64,000 bases of DNA from NCBI GenBank assembly GCA_951406725.2, contig OX597818.1:21080001-21144000 (forward strand), written 5' to 3'. A program made the translations under genes and the position numbers. The notes below the pieces were generated by a model. That model had not been told where the DNA came from. It worked only from the letters and a program-made list of their open reading frames with translations, and made no database searches. This DNA comes from Octopus vulgaris (lineage: Eukaryota). Of this stretch, positions 27,057 to 40,404 are shown one piece after another. Every line of letters begins with the position of its first letter. The first letter of the stretch is position 1.

Positions 27057-27342
27057 AAAGTGTATAAATATGTCTATTTACATATGCACACACAGAGACT
27101 TCGTTGCTATAATGTTAAACTGTCGTATGTCCAAATTTGGCCAAATGCATTGTTTGCAATATTTATTTTGCTGGGCTATAGTTTTGGTCAAACTATCGTA
27201 TCTCCAAATGCTTCAGATGCCAAGATTTCAAAAATTATCAAATTGTAGTACAACAGTTTCGCCATGGAATGGTGAAACTATTTTTTTTTTACTTTCTGAA
27301 AAAGCAACGTTTTGGACTTATGTCACTTTTGCATAATAGCTA

Positions 27343-27379
<37 letters not shown>

Positions 27380-27816
27380 TAAAAAATGGAGTTAACTCCA
27401 TTTTTATTCATATTATTCAAAATATTCAACGTAAACACGAAGTTTCAACCTTTATAAACAAGGAGTTACAACATCTTTACTTGTGAGATTTTTGCTGTCC
27501 TGGTAACTATTTATTTATTTTTCTGTGTTAATTGTTAACAAGGTAAAAATACACTCATCTATTTATATATATATATATACGAGAAATAATATTTGTCTCT
27601 TTTTATTGAAACAAAAGGGTTTATAGGACTGCAAAAGTGCTCAAATGTAAATGAGACGAAGATAAAGAAACATTGGTTATACAACAAGCATCAAATTTGA
27701 GTCAATGACTTTATATATAACGCCATACCTCAAACATTTAATCACTTATAAATATCACCATGGTTCTTATACTCATTATAAAATACATATACATAAAAAC
27801 ACAGAAGGTAAAAATA

Positions 27817-28207
27817 TCTCTCTCTATATATAAAGCTGAAGTTGTCTGTGTGCGGCAGGTTTGGTAGCCTTCAACTAACACTATCTCCTCCGAGACCCTG
27901 CGGCGCAAGTTGACCAAAATTGAGAGTATGATAGAAGAAGGTTTGCTCTTCATTCCGTAGATAAAATTCGAATCGGACCATTTTAACACCAAAAATTATT
28001 TTCATCAAAAAGGTGCTTTTTTACTATGAAAATCCCTATTTTTTACGATTTTTTGACAGCTGTGTCACCATTTTTCGGTGTATTTCAACCAGAAAAATGT
28101 TCCCTTAAAGAGAATAACAAGCTACATAATGCAAAATTTTTACTTTTCAAAAATTCCAATTCTAAAGGGTCGAAACAAATCCGAGCAACGCCGGGCGATA
28201 CTGCTAG
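27817..28207 (+). mobile_element. Non-autonomous Helitron
   Basis: A|TC..TATATATAAAG 5' end; CCGAGCAACGCCGGG hairpin then CTAG|T. Confidence 0.8.
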
Positions 28208-28587
28208 TATATATATAAACGGCAAAATGTCTCTGTGTGTATATGTGTGTGTGTGTGCGTGTCCTTTATACAAATCCACAATTTTTCAGTTAGAGGGCTC
28301 GCACTTTCTATGGTCATTCAAAACCGTCCAAGGGTGGTTGTGCACATCTTTACATTTCCCCAGTCACCCCGCAAAGCCATTAAAAAATCAATAGAAGTGA
28401 CCTTTTTGTGAATTTTCTATCCAAAACCCAATCAAAATGCCCGAAACTTGATACGCCAATTGAATGCCAGCTAGCTGTATGTGATTGGTCGGAGATTTGG
28501 ACAGTACTCGCGTGTATGTGCGCACACACGCAGCTGTATATGCATGCACTAGCACTATGACCCGGCGTTGCCGGGTCATAGTGCTAG
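28208..28587 (+). mobile_element. Second non-autonomous Helitron, abutting the first
   Basis: TATATATAAACGG 5' end; GACCCGGC-GTT-GCCGGGTC hairpin and CTAG|T. Confidence 0.75.
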
Positions 28588-28649
28588 TATATATATAAAA
28601 TTGTAAAAACTTGCTTTGACCAAGACTGCGGCACGTTCAATTATAGATA

Positions 28650-28905
28650 ATTAAAAATACACATTAAATACAGGACATCACCAGCGAGTGAAAAATATAC
28701 AAACACACGAGAGATAAGTACAGGACAAATACAAAAAAATACACATTAAGTACAGTATGTCACCAACGAGCGACAGATACGTAAACACACAGAGATAAGT
28801 ACAGGATAAAATGCCAAAGGAAGTCTAATTCCTCCTTAGTTGTCGACTGTTTATTACTACCTGTTTCGAGCTTTCAACAAGACAAGAAAACTTCATAAGA
28901 CAGCA
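28650..28905 (-). mobile_element. PLE-like terminal fragment with ~80-bp tandem duplication
   Basis: 28653-28732 resembles 28735-28812; minus strand has GAAAC-AGGTA-GTA and CTAAGGA. Confidence 0.4.
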
Positions 28906-29752
28906 TATATATATAAAACTACCACCATTATCAAACCCCAAACTGCTTAATGACCAACAATACCAAAAACAGGATATGTAAAACGATCAAAGATAAGAGA
29001 AATAAAGGTAAATAGTAAAAGATCAAAAATTCCACGAGATTATTTAGTTGTCCTGGAGTATATTGCGTGTTGAATGAAATAGCTTTGGGTGTTAGGTCAC
29101 TGAAAATTGATTTGAGACTAAATAGCGACAATACAATTAATAAGAACAGTATGACCTCCACCAACAACAGCAATAATACCTCTACCATTACCGACACCAA
29201 AATAATATAACCAACAGCACCATCTCTACCAACCCACCAAATTTCTAGCCTACTAGTAGCAATGACAGTATCGACGTTAGGAATACCTGTAGCTACATAT
29301 GTTGCATGTTAACAGCGCGGTGTTCCTCTATGCCTGTATGCGTGGGACGTGCGTGGATACGTTGGTTTATATTAGCTGAACAGGAAAAGTGTGCTTGATA
29401 CGTGTTGTAGGGAATATGATTTTTTTTTTACTGAAACGTGAACTGAGCGCTTGTCTCGCAATTTGAGTTTCGTGCCAATTTCGATTTTCAGGCGAGAACT
29501 GTTACAACTCGGTAGTAGTAGTGTATTTATATCCTCTGTGTGTGCGCGCACGCGTGAGTACGTGTCTGTGTGTGTGTGTTTGTATGTGTGTGAGGGAGGT
29601 CTAGTTCTTGTGCTTGTTCATCGTTTTTTCATTTGATTAGATGGTGCTTTTGGGGTCCCTTCGTTTGTATTTCTCACCAGGAAGTTGTGTTACTTAGCAG
29701 TTATAGGTGAGCTGATGATGGGACACTTTCTTCTTTCTCTCTTTCTGTTGTT

Positions 29753-29837
<85 letters not shown>

Positions 29838-29949
29838 GCTCGCTCGCGTGCGCGCATATGTTTGCGTGTGTGTAAGAGGCTATTTGAAAAAGTAATTAAG
29901 AGTATATCTATTAGGTACATTCCTAATGACTGATGCTTTTTCACGACTG

Positions 29950-30370
29950 AGTGATTTGGAGGATCGAATTGTGAGTAAAAAGTATTTGTTCTTTAAAACT
30001 ATTTTACTTTCCGTATATTAGAAAAGATATGTGTGTATGTGTGTATGTAATAATATGTATTTATTTTTTGACATCTATTAAAAGAAATATTTGTGTACGT
30101 ATGCGTGCGTATGGTCATCTGACTTTGGTATGCTAATGTTTAAATCTGAGATGGGCGTTTATTATTTTGCTAATGGTCATGGAACATAAATATAAATGTG
30201 GGGCGGGGTTGTGAGTTTCTTTGTGGATTTTCATGAGTGAGGTTAGCTGGGAGAACTAAGGATACATTAATTGTGAATAGATAAATTTTTAATGAACGGC
30301 ATTCTTATGACTGAATGACTTTGGTGTGTTGTCTTCTTGTAATGATTAACAGTTGTTATTTATGTTTGTG

Positions 30371-30417
<47 letters not shown>

Positions 30418-30835
30418 GTGTGACTGTAGGGAGGTTTTACTTTGGATGTGAAGGAATTCTGTTTTCTTGTTTTGCAGGTGGGGGAGGTCTTGTTTTGCGG
30501 GAATGTGTACGTTTGCGTGTGTGTGTTGAGAGGGATTGTGTAGTGGTTCGGATGCCTAGTGGATTTTTTGTGGCTTGTCTGTTCTTTGGATTTGTATAAA
30601 AATGTGCATATGTAATTATATCGTTAACAACAGTAGCAAGAGAATTTTGAAAATTTCGCCTGATAAAGAAATCTTCGACCATGCAACAGTACTCTATAAC
30701 GAAGTCCTAAAATCAAGTGAGTTTAACGAGAAGCTGCAATATGTAACAAAAACACTGCAAACAGTTACCAGACAAAAGAACCCCAGGAAAAGAAACATCA
30801 CCTGGCTTAACCTACTCTTCAGCCTGAATGTCGTG
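29950..30835. mobile_element. Penelope-like RT remnants (minus ~30100-30590; plus 30590-30835)
   Basis: Plus strand KRILKIS..IFDHA..YNEVLKSS..RKRNITWLNLLFSLNV resembles the PLE RKRNIxWFNPPF motif; minus strand has MKIHK. Confidence 0.7.
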
Positions 30836-33247
30836 CACCTTCTTAATATTAATCTTTCTTACTACACCCAGTCTATTCCTTCAGTGTATCAAAGTTACTC
30901 TTTGGCAAAGGCGATATTCCGAAATGTTAGCCATTTCCTCTTCGACACACCAAATTAATTTATTCCACTTTTCATCTCTTTATACTCATTGACTTCCGGT
31001 GGAGACCAATACTGGTTTCTTCGAATCTGTTTACTTTGTTTATATAAAACTTTTAAAATATCTTACGTTTTTATTTATGCTAATTTAATTTTCTTAAAAC
31101 TAATTTTGTTAATTTTACTCAGAATGTGGATTTGGCATATTTCTCTAATTCTATAATCATGAGATGAATTTGAATACTGGTTAAGTTCTACAGGTTATTG
31201 TTGCCTTACTGTTATCTCTTGCATACTATTTTAGTCCATTCCATGTTTTGATGGTCTACAAAGCGATTGTTCGTACACCAGCACGCTTCAACTACTAATT
31301 TACGCGCTATTTCCTCTATACCTACTACTAGTACAACAACTGCTTCCCCTCCTCTGACCTAGCAATGTGCATACTATTTAGATTCGTCGAACAACACCTT
31401 TTCTTCCTATTGTTACTTCAACTACGTTACCCCAACGCCTTATCGCTCAAATTTTGTACTAAGCACTTCCCAATACATCCAAAGGTTTGGAGCGAAAATA
31501 TATGGCGAAGTGCTTAGTACAAGATCTGAGCGTGGGATGGACTAACATTGTAGCAGTGACGAGAGGAAGAGAGAATTCAAATTTCTTCGGTGCCCACATG
31601 TTTTGTTCTTTTCTTTTTTTTTTTGCAGGTGTCAGCAAGCGAGCAACGCAAAAATGGATAAAAAACGTTCGCGAGACAAATAGCGTTTAAGATCCAGTTC
31701 ACTTCTTTTCGCAACCATCGGAATGCGAAGTACTTGTCATGAACGTACGTTCGTAAGATGGTTGTCATCTGTAAAGTTTTGAGTAGGAACCGGAAAGATA
31801 AGTATGAACACGCAATGTACATGTTCACACTGAATTCATAAAACAGAAGAGAAAAATGAAAACGCAATGCGCTTGTCAAAATAAAACGAAAGAGCAGTTA
31901 TATGGTGGTCAGCATGCCACTTCTGACATCACAACCACGTAGCTTTGCTGCAATTTTCTTGTTATGGAACAGTACATTAATGAAGTTCATAGTACTTCCT
32001 CCATTCGGTAGAAATAAGTTACAAATCGATAAATTTCGATGCGCGTCGGCAAGAAGTCAACGGTTCAGATTTTTCAAACAAATTCATTTTGAAAATGAAC
32101 CAAGGATTACTCGCTCAAACACAATAGGCATCCCATTGTAGGAAACGTATTTGTATAGGCTTACTTTGTGTGTTCTAATATAGGTAAAGTATATTAAACG
32201 GAACTGAGCAGTGTTGAAAATGAAAATAAAATATACTCATGGCAAAACCTTCTCTCCGGATGCTCAAAAGAATACTTAAGCACAAAGAATCTTATTTAAA
32301 TTTATTATTTTGAGCTCAGTGTGTGCCTTGTATATGAAGCTGTTGTCGTTCAACATTTTCGTGATGCATTGTATCCTTTAGGCTAAACAACTACAATAAT
32401 CAAGAGGCCAGTTACTGAGAGCCATAAAATTGCAGGTAAAAGGTTGAACATTATTATTGGAATCATAGAGCCTTTTGGTATCAAATTGATTAGCAGAAGA
32501 GGCAATTTTTTAAATAAGAATTACTTTCAATGCGTGTCAGTCTTTTCTGACAAAATATTCGCTGTTTTCTTCATGTAACGCTTCCAGTGGAGGGGGTGGG
32601 GGTTGTGAGAGAAATTTCTGCCCTTTAAATAGTTACGAACAGTTGAGGATTTTAATGGCAGGTTTAACGCAGGCGAATGTCTTAAAATCTCCTTCCAGAT
32701 GTTGTTTGCAGGCTAGACGGGAAGAATTTCATTCACTGCGTAAGTGAATGGCCGTTGAGTTTTCAGAAAGCGCTGAACTTCTCTAATTGGTTTATCTCTT
32801 TTTACTTTCTTTCATTTCAATTTTTTTTTTATTTAATTTAAATGAAAATTGAATTTATAAAATTTTATAAAATCTATGTAAAATCGTCTTTTTCTGTATT
32901 TTTCTTCATCTTCTTTTAAAAAGCAATTCTCTTTCGATGCCCCTGTGGCAACTGAATATATCATCATCGTCGTCGTCGTCGTCGTCGTCATCATCGTCAT
33001 CATCGTCATCATCATCATCATCATCACTGCCATTAGTATGGTTATCATTATGATGTTTTGATTTTGTATGCTAACATCATTTTTCGTTCTTCCTTTTTCT
33101 CGGTGTAAGACAGCTACATACATACATACATACATACATACATACATACATACATACATACATACATACATTCATACATACATACATACATACATACATA
33201 CATACATACATACATACATACATACATACATACATACATACATACAG

Positions 33248-33885
33248 CAAATGTGTGCTTTGCAAGATGAAAACTGAAGACATCAACCACATTATTGCCA
33301 ACTGCGAGAGAATGTCTTCCAGATATTATCTTCCCATGATGCATGATGCAGTGGTCAGAACAGCCTGGAACAGGATTACAAAAAAGAAAAGACCTACCCA
33401 TGAAGTTGACTATATTGTGACCGACGGGTCAAAAGAATATTGGTGAAACTTAAAAATTAAAACGGCCAGATATTGTTGAATGGGACCACAAGGAAAAGGT
33501 ATGTTCTGTTGTGGAAATCAGTTGCCCTATGGACGCCTATGTGGTTAGAAAAATACAAGAGAAAGTGAACGTCTATGGACCAATGATAAAGAGTTTTCAG
33601 ATCCAGTACCCAAAGTTATATACCCATTAGTATGGGAGCAACAGGTTACATACCAATCCGTCTGGAATAAAGTATGAACTTGACACCTTGGGGAGAGAAG
33701 GCAAATCCTTAATTCATTCACTATAAATGATTACGATGTGTGGGACTATAAAAACCTGAAAAACCTTCTTCAGATTTGAAAGATAATGATTAAAACAAGA
33801 TACTTCCCTTCACAATCTTGCAACCAAGTAAGTGGCCGGTCGAAACTTCTAAACTGAAAAGAGAAAGAAAACATGCAATGCAATA
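33248..33885 (+). mobile_element. R4/Dong-like LINE 3' fragment (divergent subfamily)
   Basis: LCKMKTEDINHIIANC..MHDAVV (CCHC finger), EYW, VVEISCP; (CATA)n on both sides. Confidence 0.75.
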
Positions 33886-33927
33886 CATACATACATACAT
33901 ACATACATACATACATACATACATACA

Positions 33928-33958
<31 letters not shown>

Positions 33959-34086
33959 GTACTTACATAATGTAATCCCGAGGCCAAAGAGATAAGAACC
34001 CTCAGTATGGTAGCGACTATAGAAATTCATAATATGAAAGAGTACTGGAAGAATGTCCCAGTTGAAACCTAAATAAAGTATAAATG

Positions 34087-34838
34087 CAGGGTGATGCACA
34101 AAAATGTAGCCCGGGTTCTGGAGCATAGTGTAAATATAGAAATAAATTTACAAATACTGGAATGGGTGTAGCTCAACATTAGCAATGCTATTCAGAAGCT
34201 ATGTGCAGTAATTTACTCGTTTGCTCCTGTCATCCACTTTTAATTGCTGTTCACATGAGAGATGATATAGTTTTAACTTCATACTTTTCTACAGTTTTCT
34301 GTTTATGTGAGACTGCTGCGCCAACTTACGTGTTGACTTCTTTAGACTTCGACTGATCTTTTGGCAAATGTCCTGAACAACTTCCAGCATTCGAACTGTA
34401 GGGTGTCTTCGTTTCGGGGAGTTATGCACTGGCCCTGTAACGTGCCACTTTTTAACCAACATTTCTATCGTTCTCTTTGCCAGTAAGCCTTTACTCGGAA
34501 ATTTGTTTTCAAAACTTTGTGTTTGCTTAACAGAACCCGTTCTCACATACGCTTCTACAATCTTTATTCTTTCCTCTATGGAGTATGTCACCTTACAGAA
34601 AAGGATAGAGATGTTCGCTCAATGCAATCTTACAATCAGCTAATGTGTTGAGGATGCGGTGAGGATAATGTTGCAAGCAGTAGATTAATGCGCCATCTTT
34701 GTTCAGCAGTTGCAAGTGATTGAAATAACATAATGACACTTGCAAACGAAAGGTTGGGTGCTTTTTCGTGTGTGTAAATTTATTTCTGTATTTGCACCAC
34801 GCTACGGAACCCGAGCTACTTTTTCGTAAGCCACCCTG
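34087..34838 (-). mobile_element. Tc1/mariner-superfamily deletion derivative retaining an N-terminal HTH (DUF4817-like)
   Basis: Long TIRs CAGGGTG..GTAAATATAGAAATAAATTTACA; ORF 34289-34591 MTYSIEERIKIVEAY..KSTRKLA; catalytic DDD domain absent. Confidence 0.8.
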
Positions 34839-34996
34839 TATAATAGACCAGGCATCGTGATTTGGGACAAAATGATAAACTAGGTACGCTAGTGGAAATC
34901 AGCCGTGGGCGGTGTCAACATAAAGCTAAAGATCAGGGAAAAAGAAAGACACATACGCTGAACCGTTGAGAAATTTACAGTTACTCTACTCGGATC

Positions 34997-35170
34997 CATG
35001 TCCGTCGCTAAGGAGGGGGGGACACTGGACAACACTTTATCCTCATTATTCAAGTGTGCACCCTTAGATTTAGAAAACAGTGTTTACAAAACTCTTCCTG
35101 CAATACAAATTAGTGCCCACTCAGAATATTCTGAAACACCCCCAAGTACCAAAGTATGGTGACGGGCCTG
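34997..35170. mobile_element. Small hAT-like MITE
   Basis: Ends CATGTCCGTC / GACGGGCCTG; degenerate duplication TCGGATC/CCGGGTT of the host LINE sequence. Confidence 0.55.
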
Positions 35171-35744
35171 CCGGGTTACAAGTTAGGTTTATACCTGTAA
35201 CTATTGGGTCAGTAGCATATGTAACAAACTGTCTAAGCATCAATCTTGAAGAATTAGGCTTCTTGAAAGCAGAAAACAGAAAATCAATTAGAAATTTTCA
35301 GATTCAAGCCATCAATGTAACTAAAAATTTGTAAAACTTTTGAGAAGTTAGTATTTAAGTATATATATGTGCATGTCTAGACATGGAATTATATGCATGA
35401 AAATACATACATAAAACAAAAAAAAATACAAATCTGCGCATGCACTGACTCCAAATACTGCAAACATGCAAATATTCACAAATATCCTGTTGATGTTGTA
35501 GAAATTCCAATGATGGCGCTTTAAGATCTACGTTAAAAACCGGTTCTTCTTGTAATAGCAAAAAATCTTGAAATAAAAATGAATGTTAACAAATATCCAT
35601 CTATCCATCCGTCCGTCCGTCCATCCATCCATCCATCCATCCATTCATCCATCCATCCATCCATACATACATACATACATACATACATACATACATACAA
35701 ACATACACACATACATACATACATACATACATACATACATACAT

Positions 35745-35775
<31 letters not shown>

Positions 35776-35835
35776 TACATACATACATACATACATACAT
35801 ACATACATACATACATACATACATACATACATACA

Positions 35836-37225
35836 TGAAAGCATATATTACAATGGCGCTTGTAACAAAACACGTGTCACTAAAGAATATTACAGCCGAA
35901 TAAAGAAAATTTGGACCTCAGAACTCACTGCATTCAATAAAACAGTGGCCCAAATTGTGTTTGCAGTGCCAGTATTCATACCAACATTTGGGCTGCTTGA
36001 TTGGACGCTTGATGAGATCCGAGCCACTGATGTGAAAACCCGAAAATACTAACAAGCACATATAATTTCCACATTAACAGTGACATAGACCGCCTCTACC
36101 TAAAACGAAAATAAGACGGAAGAGGCTTAACATCGATCCAAAATGCATTTGAATGTTGTATCATATCTCTTCGGCAACATCTTTTAAAACCCACCAAGTG
36201 TCGCATACATGAGGCTGATAACATCGTAAGACTTGGAAGGCAGCTACTTGAACAATATTCTTAATCTGATAATCTAGAATACATGCTCAAAGAAGTCGCA
36301 CGACTCTACCTCAACGTATCACCAGATGAAAGGATGAGCCTATATGAGCAGAAGACTATGCATAGATATGTTACTAGAAAGCTCCGCAATGATAGTAACA
36401 TTGATTATCATAGCAGTCTATCAAGGACCAATAGCTGGGTTACTACCTCCCACCTTAAAGGGTATGCGTTTGCAATCCAAGAACAGGAAATATCAGCCAG
36501 ATGCCTGATTCACAGAAGGGATAGAGATACAGGAAAAACAGTAACATGTGACAACCGATACAGACTTTGTGGATTTAATACTGAAGATATCACCCACATC
36601 ATAAGCAGTTGTCCGAAAATGTCATCACGGTTATTATCTACCGATGAGACATGATCTTGTAACTAGGGCACTCTATAATGAAATACGTCGGAAGGATAAC
36701 CCCGAGGACAAAGAAATAAGAACTCACAGTATAGTAGAAGCCATAACCACTCATAATAATAAGGAGTACTGGTGGAATGTCCCAATGAAGACCTCAATAA
36801 CATGTAAGCACAACAGACCACATAATGATTTGGGATGGAGAAGAGAAACTCTGTACAGCTGTGGAAATTAGCTGGCCAGCGGATGTTAATATAAAGCTAA
36901 AGATCAGTGAAAAAGAGAATACTTACGCTGAACTATTGAGAAATCTGCAGTTACTCTATCCAGATTACAAGTTCAGGTTTGTACCTGTAATTATTGGAGT
37001 CCTGGGATATGTAACACACTGCCTAAATACCAATCATGAGAAATTAGGCTTCTCAAAATCAGAAATGAGAAAGCTAATTCGAAGACTACATATCCAGTCC
37101 ATCACTGGAACTGTAAAAATCTGTAAAACTTTTCCTGAAGCTTATCATTTAAATATTCATATAGTAACATGTCTAGATATGCAATTATATGCATGAGAAT
37201 TCATACATAAAACATACAAATCTGT

Positions 37226-37284
<59 letters not shown>

Positions 37285-37462
37285 TACATACATACATACA
37301 TACATACATACATACATACATACATACATACATACATACATACATTTCATACATACAAAAATACCCTGTTGTTGATGTTGAAATTCTTATGAAGGAGCCT
37401 TGGATCTAAGTTAGAAACCGGTTCTTTATTGGCAAGAAATCTTGAAATAAACTGAATAATGA
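35836..37462 (+). mobile_element. R4/Dong-clade LINE (restriction-like endonuclease), 5'-truncated, longest copy
   Basis: EYYSRIKKIWTSEL, FAVPV..FG..DWT, RLYLKR..GRGL, AIQEQ, RLCG..EDITHIISSC..RHD, HNRP..IWD..VEISWP..EKENTY. Confidence 0.88.
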
Positions 37463-37621
37463 CGTACATACATACATACATGCATGTATACATACATACA
37501 TACATACATACATACATACACACACACACATACATACATACATACATACATACATACATACATACATACATACATACATACATACATACATACATACATA
37601 CATACATACATACATACATAC

Positions 37622-37720
37622 ATTGGTGTTGAAATTCCAGTGAAGGAGCATTGGATCTAGATTAGAAACCGGCTCTTTCTTTATTAGCCAGAAATCTTGA
37701 AATAAAACCGAACAATAACA
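37622..37720 (+). mobile_element. ~100-bp R4/Dong 3'-tail-only copy
   Basis: Matches 37372-37462; embedded in (CATA)n. Confidence 0.75.
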
Positions 37721-37753
37721 TACATACATACATAGATACATACATACATACAT

Positions 37754-37793
<40 letters not shown>

Positions 37794-38569
37794 ACATACA
37801 TACATACATACATACATACATACATACATACATACATACATACATGCATACATGCATACGTACATACATACATACATACATACATACATACATACATACA
37901 TACATACATACATACATACATACATACATACATACATACATACATACATAAGTACATACATACACGAAGGCAGTCAGGAAAATATAAGCATACGTGTTCA
38001 TGTGCACGTATTCAGACAAACAGGCTGGCAAATAGATAGATAGATAAGCAGATGGATAGATAGACAGAGAGAGAGGGAGAGACAGAGAGAGAGAGAGATA
38101 GCCCTCCTATTTGCTGAATGCCCATATACGATAAGTGAAGGTAACGTGCGTACCCTTCTGGTTCATTTTCTCCCCGCCCTATTACTCCATTATCTATTTT
38201 TATATCTATCACATACTTCCTTTGAGCTCTACACGCAAACCCCATAACACTCTCCCGTAAAACTTTTTAAAAGCAATAAAAAAATAAAACTCTTAGGGCT
38301 TACAAGAAGAAAGACTGCATTAAATAAGAATGAAATGAAAGCGAAGCCGTCTTTCACGTAAGTGAGTCTCAAGCTCATAAACAATGTGTGTCCCTCCCTC
38401 ACAATTTTGTATCGTTAAAAAGTTCTCCCTAATAATGGTTACCGTTGTAGTGGTAGTCGGTTTTTTTTTTGATAGCGGAAAATACGAAACAAAAACAGTG
38501 ATTAAATAATACAACTGAATCAGTATGCCTATGTTTATTGTATGTGTGTATGTGTGTGTGTAGCATATA

Positions 38570-38730
38570 TGTATGAAATTTTTGTATGTCTATGACTATT
38601 TAATTTTATTTCTAGATTTCTTGTTGATGGAGAAAGAGCTGACTTCTGACCAAGATCGAAAGCTCCCTCATTGCAATTACATCATGTTTGTGTACATGTA
38701 TGCATACATGTGCAGATTTGTATGGTTTGC
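38570..38730 (-). mobile_element. Diverged R4/Dong 3' tail
   Basis: Minus strand GCAATGAGGGAGC..CAAGAAATCTAGAAATAAAA followed by CATAGACATAC. Confidence 0.6.
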
Positions 38731-38739
38731 CTATGGTGC

Positions 38740-38808
<69 letters not shown>

Positions 38809-40404
38809 TTAAATAAAAGTAAATTTTTATCCTGCTCAAGTTTCATGTCACCACGATCTTTACGTGAGAACTGTTACATTTCAGCCTTGGCAGTAATATT
38901 CATATTCATTGATGCGAGCCTGGTTTCATATTTGTTCTTGTTCATTTGTTTACATTTTCCTTTTGTTAACTGACTGTTATTTTTCTGCCTATTCATAGTT
39001 ATTTTTAGGTGAGAGTGCATGTTTTTAATGATATTCTTATTCATTCATATTAAGTATGTAAATTCTCTCCACCTTATTTCTTATAATTACTTAATTTCAA
39101 ATTTCTAAGCCCACCAAATATTGATTTCAAATTTTCGCACAACAATTTCGAAGGAGAAGCTAAGTCGATTACATTGCCCTCAGTATTCAACTGATAATCA
39201 TTTTATCGATCCCCACAAACCGAAAGGCAAAGTCAACCTCCGTGGAATTTGAACTCAGAATGTGAAGATAGAGGAAATGCCGCTAGGCATTTCGCCCGGC
39301 GTGCTGACAATTCTGCCACTACACCGCCTTAATCCCGCTAAATATTACGAACATATATATATAACGATTTAAGTATAGCAAATAAATTGAAGAAAGAAAA
39401 TATTATTAATTGAAATGGCCCTTTATTTTCATCACTACAGTGTAGAAGACGACTTCTTTGAGTTGTTGTTATGCACTAATTATATGCCGTTCCATTATCC
39501 ATATTGTAGGTAGTTAAGTTTATCTTTTATTGACTGCTAGAAGACGGATGGAAGAGGCGGGAGAGAAAGAGTAAAAGAATTTAAACAAGTAGTGAGGGTA
39601 AAAGTTGTGTAGTCCCTTAAAGATAAACCAAACTTGAAAAATAAGGATATACTCTTCAAGCAAGGGGCCAAGTGAAAGAGGTAGAACTGATTTTGGGTTC
39701 CGTATTTATATTTTTTTCTAGCTAAATTAAGTCAGGCTAGACAAGGGATTTTCCGTCTTTTATCTGCCTGAACCCTATTTAATTCAAGAATGCTAACTTA
39801 AACAATAGAACTTAACTAAGTATGGCAGTTAACGCTCATAAATTTCTAAGTGCAAAAACCGACAACTATAGGAAGGCACTGGTAGTTATAATCTAAGCTA
39901 GGTTTTGAATCTTGGTTAAGAGTCTTGGAAGCTATTCGTTTTATATATATATATATTGGCACTATATGCAAAGCATACGGATTATGAAGAAATGATTATC
40001 TCCCTTATAATACCTGTGAATACTAGGGATACACACATGTTACTCATTCTAAATTCATTTGATAATTTAGTTAACATTGTTGTTTTAAGTTTGTATCGAT
40101 GTTCTTACCTTTTCCTTTTCTTTTCATCAGTATTACGGAACTTTCTACATATGATTTTTAAAGATGTTTTCAATGAATTTAACTGTGAAAGAAAAGACAT
40201 ATCCATGGTGTTATGTCTCATAGCTGAGTAATTTTAGCGTGACCCTTAGTGAACTTGCTTTCAAAGTTGTGATTCTTTAGGATGTGTTTGTGCGCATGCA
40301 CGCGAATATCTGGTTTTTATATGCTTATTGGATATCTGTTGCACGATGTCGCTCGATCGTGTGCATGTTTAACCTTAGCACCTTCAAATTTTATAATTGG
40401 AAAT

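Larger units (their letters stand above)
33968..35590 (+). mobile_element. R4/Dong-like LINE 3' fragment with two nested MITEs
   Basis: EYWKNVP..NRPGIVIWD..VEIS, RNLQLLY, FIPVTIG; conserved 3' tail at 35490-35590. Confidence 0.75.

Noticed and set aside
37385-37432. Hammerhead-like look of the Dong 3' tail (CCAATGA..GAAACCGGTT)
   Set aside because: Essential G5 is absent in all five copies, no stem I abuts the core, and a simple long stem explains the conservation
37372-37720. CRISPR-like repeat-spacer pattern
   Set aside because: Units are LINE tails separated by microsatellite; eukaryotic context with no cas genes
39600-39930. Possible PLE RT remnant on the minus strand (LGPLL)
   Set aside because: Too decayed; a single short motif is insufficient
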